The notes below the pieces were generated by a model, which was given only the letters and a program-made list of their open reading frames with translations, ran no database searches and had not been told where the DNA came from. 31,522 nucleotides of DNA from a virus (taxonomy: Duplodnaviria; Caudoviricetes), in IMG/VR virus record IMGVR_UViG_3300029318_000057, positions 1-31,522 of that record. One strand, 5' to 3'. Of this stretch, positions 25,576 through 31,522 are shown piece by piece. Both the position numbers and the translations under genes were made by a program. Every line of letters starts with the position of its first letter. Positions within the stretch are counted from its first letter, which is position 1.

Positions 25576-27552
25576 TTAAGCGATTGCAAGGAAGATGTAC
25601 GAGTAACCTGAAGCGTTAAGAGCGGGAGGGCCGGATGAAGTCACTCTGAAGCCTGAGTTGATTGGGTCGATGTAATCATTGCTTGTAACCTCTCCAGTTG
25701 ATTCGTTGGTAAATATCCAAGGTTCATTACCGCTATTAATCCCTCTTGCGCTATCCCACACAAACCACCCCGTGGCAATCGAGGGGTTGAATATATACTC
25801 AACGCACTTGATTAAGACAAATCTGGCACCTGCGGTAAAACCACAATCAACATCAATATCGTAACCAGTGCCGTTGTAACTGCCTACTTTACTGATACCA
25901 GGCAAAGTGGCAAATAAATAGTTGATATAAGACCTGCCAGAAGCATTGGTGTCATCGTAATTGCCAACGGTGAAACCTGATGCTGTGGGTGCAGTATTGT
26001 TCCAAAAAAGGCTAGAAGTAATTGCTTCTGAAGTGGTATTTAGTGTAAAGGCTTTAGTTGGACCGGTTGGTGCCGCGTACACGGCCCAATCTTCATCGTT
26101 GGTCGTACACTTGACCAACATTAATTCAGGAACAACACCAAGTCCATGCTGATGAGGTGTGGTTGAACCTGTACCATCGTAGGGAACTATGTCGAAGAAA
26201 CCTGGAGCACGTTTAAAATTCCAACTAAAATAGTTTTTACCGTTTACACTTCTATAAGTTTGCATTTCCAGTCCAGTCGATAAATCAAACTGAACACCAG
26301 CAGCGCCGACATTAGTACTTTTGGTAATTCCTTTTCCATAAAACTCTTGACCGCTACCACGTACCCTGTCAGTTATGGCTAGATAATCACCAGGAATATC
26401 GCGTGCGTTAGAGAAACTTAAATCAACAGGAAATCCAGTTGATGTTGTTACCCTGCTACCTGTGCCTGCCCAAAGAGAAGTATTAAAGACTTCCGTCCCA
26501 TTTGTCGGTGGTTTATGCGGACGGCGGATAGCCATATACACAACAGTTTCTTGAGCGTTGTACCAATTAATTTCACCACCTATAGCAGTAAAACCGGTTG
26601 AGGTAAGATTTAAAAAATTACCATTACCTAGGCCAGCTTCATTATAATTATTATTTGAATACAGAGGTAGATCATTACCAGGAGTAATACCTCGCATCGT
26701 GTCAAAAAGGTGCCAGTCCCTATTTGCTGCAGTGCTTTTTATTAATAGGAATTGTGGCTCAAACCCTAGATCAACGGTTACTGGACTTCCATTGCCAGTT
26801 GTTGTATAACTTCCACATTTAATAATGCTTTCATCCTGATTAGTGCCGAACCTTGCGTCATCGTTAGCGAAAACATAAGCAACAAAAGACGTACCATTTG
26901 TATTTGCATCGCCTTGGACAGTAAATAAGCTGTCTGTAAAAAGTGATGATTGATTTAATGCATTACTAAAACGACCATAGTAATTGAAATCAGTGTCTGA
27001 ATTTAATAACCCGGCTTTATGTTCGATTCCATCGTAACCCCCACTTGTGTGCCAAACATTCCAGTGATCCGTGCTAAGACTCTTTACTATCACCATGCCC
27101 GGTGTAGAGCCAAGAGAGTGACTAATTTGCTGGCTATTATTTGAATCACCTGTATAAGTAACTACATCAAAAAATCCCGGCGCTTTACGGAATGTCCAGC
27201 TTACAATCTTTGTATTTGCAGCGTTTTCGCCAACCCAATTAGTGCCTAGCGTAAATCCACTAGAAGTGAAAGATTGCACGTGATTAGAAGAAGTATTGCG
27301 TTCCGCTCTCGTTGAATTGGAACCAATCTCTTTTCCCGCTCCTCTTTCGGTGTCTACCAAGGAATGATCACTTACATTGTCTCGATTTTTAAACCAAACT
27401 AGACCACCTTCACCGGCTAAATCAATTCCATTACTAATTGTTTGAGCTGAACCCGTGCCCTCATACAAATAATTACTAAAAACATCGTCAACGTACAGAG
27501 GATCGTCCTTTTTGGAACCTGAAAGCAAGACTTTTAGTGATGTAGGATCCAT
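25576..27552 (-). CDS. Large tail-fibre/virion protein, cassette copy 2
   Basis: 658 aa; YVDDVFS, GIDLAGEGGLVW, LGFEPQ, VDCGFT.GAR, FLAIA. Confidence 0.8.
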   Translation of the reverse strand: MDPTSLKVLLSGSKKDDPLYVDDVFSNYLYEGTGSAQTISNGIDLAGEGGLVWFKNRDNVSDHSLVDTERGAGKEIGSNSTRAERNTSSNHVQSFTSSGFTLGTNWVGENAANTKIVSWTFRKAPGFFDVVTYTGDSNNSQQISHSLGSTPGMVIVKSLSTDHWNVWHTSGGYDGIEHKAGLLNSDTDFNYYGRFSNALNQSSLFTDSLFTVQGDANTNGTSFVAYVFANDDARFGTNQDESIIKCGSYTTTGNGSPVTVDLGFEPQFLLIKSTAANRDWHLFDTMRGITPGNDLPLYSNNNYNEAGLGNGNFLNLTSTGFTAIGGEINWYNAQETVVYMAIRRPHKPPTNGTEVFNTSLWAGTGSRVTTSTGFPVDLSFSNARDIPGDYLAITDRVRGSGQEFYGKGITKSTNVGAAGVQFDLSTGLEMQTYRSVNGKNYFSWNFKRAPGFFDIVPYDGTGSTTPHQHGLGVVPELMLVKCTTNDEDWAVYAAPTGPTKAFTLNTTSEAITSSLFWNNTAPTASGFTVGNYDDTNASGRSYINYLFATLPGISKVGSYNGTGYDIDVDCGFTAGARFVLIKCVEYIFNPSIATGWFVWDSARGINSGNEPWIFTNESTGEVTSNDYIDPINSGFRVTSSGPPALNASGYSYIFLAIA

Positions 27553-27555
27553 TTT

Positions 27556-28041
27556 TCAATTATCAAAGTCAGCAACAGCGTTAGTTCTGAAGGTGGCCCC
27601 GTTGTCGTCAGAAACTAGAACGAACAGATGAGTTTTGCCCGCCGTTAAAGTAGGTGCAGTAGCGGCAGGGAACTTGACAGAAGCGGGCCAGGTAACAGTG
27701 CCGCTTGTGTGCGTTAATTCAAGTACAAAAGCAAAGGCACGCGATGAAGGAACGTTGGAGATAGTAAAGGTAGTATTTCCGTTAATCGTCTTTGTAAAAT
27801 AATTTCCGGCTGAACAATCAATGTCGTCGGCAGCCATCGCCACCACATTGGTGACAAAGTTGCCATTAAGATCTAGTCCGTTTGCACCAACAACAACTCG
27901 CTCATTACCGCCTGCAGCGATTGAAGCGGCATTATTGCCAAAGAAAATGCCCGTATCGGTGTCTGTTCCTTTAACAGCAGGAGCAGTGGCTGATCCATCA
28001 ACACCAGAAATGCCCGTAGACCCATGAATCCTTAGTGTCAT
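27556..28041 (-). CDS. Small tail-fibre protein, cassette copy 2
   Basis: 161 aa paralog of 25003..25488 and 30088..30624. Confidence 0.8.
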   Translation of the reverse strand: MTLRIHGSTGISGVDGSATAPAVKGTDTDTGIFFGNNAASIAAGGNERVVVGANGLDLNGNFVTNVVAMAADDIDCSAGNYFTKTINGNTTFTISNVPSSRAFAFVLELTHTSGTVTWPASVKFPAATAPTLTAGKTHLFVLVSDDNGATFRTNAVADFDN

Positions 28042-28120
28042 AATAAAAAATTAAAAGAGGGTTAAAGGCGTTAGTTATATTGCCTTGAATGCAATACTTT
28101 CCTCAGAATAATTATACTGG
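28042..28120 (-). repeat. Conserved inter-cassette spacer, copy B (79 bp)
   Basis: Matches 25489-25566 with one extra G. Confidence 0.95.
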
Positions 28121-28129
28121 TTTCAAGGA

Positions 28130-30085
28130 TTAAGCGATTGCAAGAAATAGGTAAGTATCGCCTGTCTGATTCAGTTGAGCAGGTGCTGATGAAGTGACTG
28201 TGAATCCTGAGCTAAGTGGATCAATATAATCATGATTTGTAAATGAATTAGACGTTGTATTTATAAGTAAATACGGATCATTGCCGGACGTAATGCCTCT
28301 AACAGTATCCCAGTTATACCAATCTCCTGAACCATCAAGACGTTTAATAAGGACATACCTTGCGCCAGATGTAAATCCACAATCAACGTTTACATCAGAA
28401 TAAGAACCGGTGTATGTACCTACTTTACTGATCCCAGGCAGGGTTGCGAATGAATATCCAATATAGTTTTTCTGATTTCGATTCACCTCCCATTCATTAC
28501 CTAGTTGAATAGTAGTAGCCGTAGGCGCTGATAGGAAATAATTAGAGCTTCCGTAACTTTGGGTACTGTGAGTACTTGATTGAAGCACTGTGCGGGAATG
28601 ATTTGAGTTAGTAAAATTAGAATATACTCCCCAACTACTACTACCATCTCTTTGCCGAATTATTAGTAGTTCAGGAGGCACTGTTAGATTATGAGCCAAG
28701 TTCTGACTGCTACCATTTCCCTGATAGGCAAACATATCAAAAAAACCTGGAGCACGTTTAAACATAGACAGAACATACTGTCTAGGGTAACTATAATTCT
28801 GCTGGTTAATGTTTTCGTAATCATCCATGTATAAGTAATTATTTCCCATTTCAAGAAGCCCATCGGACCTATTATCTTCATTAGAACTATCGGTCAATCT
28901 TAGACTCCTCTTAGGCCCTCGGAGCCTATCCATAACGTAATTATCGCGGCTACTCGTTAGTATTAGTGAAAATATAAGATCTACGGTAATGCTTGTAGAT
29001 CTGGTAGTAAGATTGCCATTACCCTGATAGGTTATGGTTTCAAATACATCCGTACCAGCTTCAGGCGGTTTATTAGGACGCCGGATTGCCATGTAGACGT
29101 AAGTTGCATTCCAGCTGTGCCCAGCATCAAGGATAAATCCACTAGAAGATGGTTTATTTCCATTATTTGCTGCTTCTGAAGAAGTAGAATTTGCAAATAG
29201 TTCTATGGCTCCACTTGTATTAACAGTCCAACCACGCATTACATCTAATATTTGCCAGCTTTCGCTACCGCCGTTAGATCGTTTATAAATCAACCATTGG
29301 GGTTCAAATCCAAGGTCTACAGATGCTTGACCAGATCCATTAGTCGTAAAACTGCCACATTTAACAATCGCTTCATCCCCATCAGTGCCAAACTGAGCGT
29401 CGTCGTGAGCAAATATGTAAGCGACGTAAGTATCACCGTTAGCGTTGGTTTTTCCTGATGTACCTACTGTAAACGCAGTAGATGTGGCTGCTGTGTTGTT
29501 CCATTCAGTTGCACTAACATCCTCAGGACTGTTGAGGTTGAGGTATAAACTTTTTGTTCCACCTAAGCTGCGATGTTGAACAGTCCAATTATCACTACCA
29601 TTCATCCTTTTGACAATCACCATACCCGGTGTACTACCAAGAGCATGAGGAATTTGTCTGCCATTCACACCATTTCCCGTATAAGTAACTACATCAAAAA
29701 ATCCACGAGCCTTTCTGAAGGACCAAGACACATATCTTCCAAAACCGTTTTGATTTAAATCACCATCACCAGCGGGGACAGTAAAACCATTACTGTTGAA
29801 AGTTAAGGTGCCGCTAGTCCCCATCGTTTGTTCTGCATCAGTGTAGGGCAGCCTAAGTCTCTTATTTAAATTTCGCTCACTATCATATAACGAATGTACT
29901 CGCCCATTGTCTCTATTTTTAATCCAAACCAAGCCACCGTCACCAGCCAGATCAATTCCATTAATTAATTGCTGCGTGTACTGAATGCCGTTATACAGAT
30001 AGGTGCTAAAAACATCGTCAACGTAAACAGGGTCACCTTGTAACGGCGACGACGTAAGGAATAAATTTCTAGTTGTTAGATCCAT
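28130..30085 (-). CDS. Large tail-fibre/virion protein, cassette copy 1
   Basis: 651 aa; same motifs as copies 2 and 3. Confidence 0.8.
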   Translation of the reverse strand: MDLTTRNLFLTSSPLQGDPVYVDDVFSTYLYNGIQYTQQLINGIDLAGDGGLVWIKNRDNGRVHSLYDSERNLNKRLRLPYTDAEQTMGTSGTLTFNSNGFTVPAGDGDLNQNGFGRYVSWSFRKARGFFDVVTYTGNGVNGRQIPHALGSTPGMVIVKRMNGSDNWTVQHRSLGGTKSLYLNLNSPEDVSATEWNNTAATSTAFTVGTSGKTNANGDTYVAYIFAHDDAQFGTDGDEAIVKCGSFTTNGSGQASVDLGFEPQWLIYKRSNGGSESWQILDVMRGWTVNTSGAIELFANSTSSEAANNGNKPSSSGFILDAGHSWNATYVYMAIRRPNKPPEAGTDVFETITYQGNGNLTTRSTSITVDLIFSLILTSSRDNYVMDRLRGPKRSLRLTDSSNEDNRSDGLLEMGNNYLYMDDYENINQQNYSYPRQYVLSMFKRAPGFFDMFAYQGNGSSQNLAHNLTVPPELLIIRQRDGSSSWGVYSNFTNSNHSRTVLQSSTHSTQSYGSSNYFLSAPTATTIQLGNEWEVNRNQKNYIGYSFATLPGISKVGTYTGSYSDVNVDCGFTSGARYVLIKRLDGSGDWYNWDTVRGITSGNDPYLLINTTSNSFTNHDYIDPLSSGFTVTSSAPAQLNQTGDTYLFLAIA

Positions 30086-30087
30086 CT

Positions 30088-30624
30088 TTAATTATCAAAA
30101 TCAACTACAGCATTAGCCCTAAAAGTGACACCGCCATCATCAGAAACTAGAGCAAAAATGTGTGTCTTGCCAGGAGTTAAGGTGGGCGCAGTAGCAGAGG
30201 GGAACTTGACAGAAGCAGGCCAAGTTAAAGTACCGCCTGAATGAGTTACCTCAAGTGTAAAAGAGTATGCTCTAGATGCGGGGACATTGGAGATCGTAAA
30301 TGTAGTATTAGCACTGACAGTACATGTAAAGTAATTGGCAGCACTGCAATCAATGTCAGCAATCAAAGTGTTTGAATCCACAGTGATAGCAGAGACATTT
30401 CCAGCGTAATTGCCGTTTACATCTAGATCTGTTGTGGGTGTATCGCCAATACCCACTTTGCCTGATGAATCTACGACAAGTCTGGCTGAACCCGCCGTCG
30501 AGATTGTTGCAGTATCCGTGCCAAAATGAATGCCGGTATCCGCATCAGCCCCTGTAAACGCGGGCGCAGCGGCTGTACCATCAACACCGCTAATACCGTT
30601 TGTGCCGCTAATAGAGATTGCCAT
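30088..30624 (-). CDS. Small tail-fibre protein, cassette copy 1
   Basis: 178 aa; includes RLVVDSSGKVGIG..P...LDVNG, a typical fibre repeat. Confidence 0.8.
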   Translation of the reverse strand: MAISISGTNGISGVDGTAAAPAFTGADADTGIHFGTDTATISTAGSARLVVDSSGKVGIGDTPTTDLDVNGNYAGNVSAITVDSNTLIADIDCSAANYFTCTVSANTTFTISNVPASRAYSFTLEVTHSGGTLTWPASVKFPSATAPTLTPGKTHIFALVSDDGGVTFRANAVVDFDN

Positions 30625-30641
30625 AATAGAAATATTTAAAA

Positions 30642-31121
30642 CTACAGAACGATTAGTTTGGAAGTATTGGGAACAGTCAGTGTGACTGAATTATTGACAG
30701 TCAGGTCGCCGACTGACAAAGCATTTTTCGAGCTTGAGATGGTGTAATCAGTAGTGACAACTTTATCAAATTCAATAACTACCTCGTCACTTCCTCCACC
30801 GGTAGCGCCGCCACCGGCACCTCCAGCCAAGACAAAGCTAGTGCCGTCAAAAATCTTGAAAGTCGGTGGTGTTGTACTGGTATCAAGCCAAGTTTCACCA
30901 ACAGAATTACCAGAAACTCCACCAGAAGCAGGAGATGCGTTCGGCGCAGTGCTGCCAACAAAAGTAGGAGAAACCTTGACTAGAGCACCAGCATTACCTT
31001 TAAAGTAAACAGCAGGATCGCCCTCGTTATAGTTGATGGCAATCTGACCGTTGGCCAAATTACTTGGATCAGGCCGCTTGTCTGCTGTGCCGCTTCTTAG
31101 ATTTTGAATTGGGACCGACAT
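30642..31121 (-). CDS. Tail-fibre-associated protein
   Basis: IQNLRS...KRP...LANGQIAIN; GETWLDT; GGGATGGGSD.V..E motif. Confidence 0.75.
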   Translation of the reverse strand: MSVPIQNLRSGTADKRPDPSNLANGQIAINYNEGDPAVYFKGNAGALVKVSPTFVGSTAPNASPASGGVSGNSVGETWLDTSTTPPTFKIFDGTSFVLAGGAGGGATGGGSDEVVIEFDKVVTTDYTISSSKNALSVGDLTVNNSVTLTVPNTSKLIVL

Positions 31122-31157
31122 GATTAAAATTTATCCACAAATTGTGGTGAAAAGAAC

Positions 31158-31522
31158 TTAGTAAGTACCGGAATCAATGGCAGCATTCGCTGTGTTGATA
31201 ATAGCTATTACTTGATTAGGAGTTAAATCTTCCGGGTCGCCAGTACCTCCAAGACCCTCTTGACGACCTTTAATGGTCGCCTGCGTCATATCGGCAAGTT
31301 TTGAATTGGTAACAACATTGTTGGGCAGGTTCGCCGTACTGAACGGCGTGAAAACAATATTGTCTACATCAAGAATTGGGTCTTGAGCAATCTGCACATA
31401 GGCAATACTCGCGTTACTGGTGCCCTCCTGGATGAACGTGAACGATCCACTCCGTATCTCTGTTGAGGCGTTGAAGTCGATTGCACGGGTCAGGATTGCG
31501 GGGCTAGAGCCACTGCCTGTAT
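31158..31522 (-). CDS. Tail fibre protein, C-terminal part (runs off the window end)
   Basis: Frame is open to the window edge: ...LTRAIDFNASTEIRSGSFTFIQEGTSN...; ends IDSGTY. The 79-aa track ORF is only its tail. Confidence 0.75.
   Translation of the reverse strand, partial: TGSGSSPAILTRAIDFNASTEIRSGSFTFIQEGTSNASIAYVQIAQDPILDVDNIVFTPFSTANLPNNVVTNSKLADMTQATIKGRQEGLGGTGDPEDLTPNQVIAIINTANAAIDSGTY

Noticed and set aside
22985-30085. Diversity-generating retroelement or invertase shufflon acting on the fibre genes
   Set aside because: No reverse transcriptase, no adenine-specific TR/VR pair and no invertase in the window; all cassettes are full length and co-oriented.

Overview
A 31.5 kb segment of a temperate tailed phage, most likely infecting a marine picocyanobacterium (Synechococcus-like). 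The host is inferred from a cyanobacterial-type class II RNR, a glutamine-II riboswitch with a DUF4278-like ORF, and NtcA boxes. From left to right the window holds: (1) a terminator, an AT-rich array of GTA-N8-TAC boxes and a 19-bp tandem repeat; (2) two paralogous unknown genes; (3) a leftward operon (repressor-like protein, SSB-like protein, PD-(D/E)XK exonuclease, ThyX, RusA-like resolvase, HNH); (4) a rightward replication arm (primase-helicase followed by an iteron-type origin candidate, family A DNA polymerase, dCTP deaminase, NrdJ); (5) an excisionase-like gene, a tyrosine integrase, an att-like region and tRNA-Ala(GGC); (6) a lysis cluster with a GH19 endolysin; (7) a tail-fibre region with three tandem two-gene cassettes separated by a near-identical 78/79-bp spacer. 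The most notable hypotheses are a phage wired to host nitrogen status (NtcA-box array plus an NtcA-box/glutamine-riboswitch/DUF4278 unit beside the integration module), a repeat-delimited tail-fibre cassette array, a 25-bp motif shared by the origin and att regions, and a candidate -1 frameshift in the holin-like gene. All calls were made by eye; no database searches were run.
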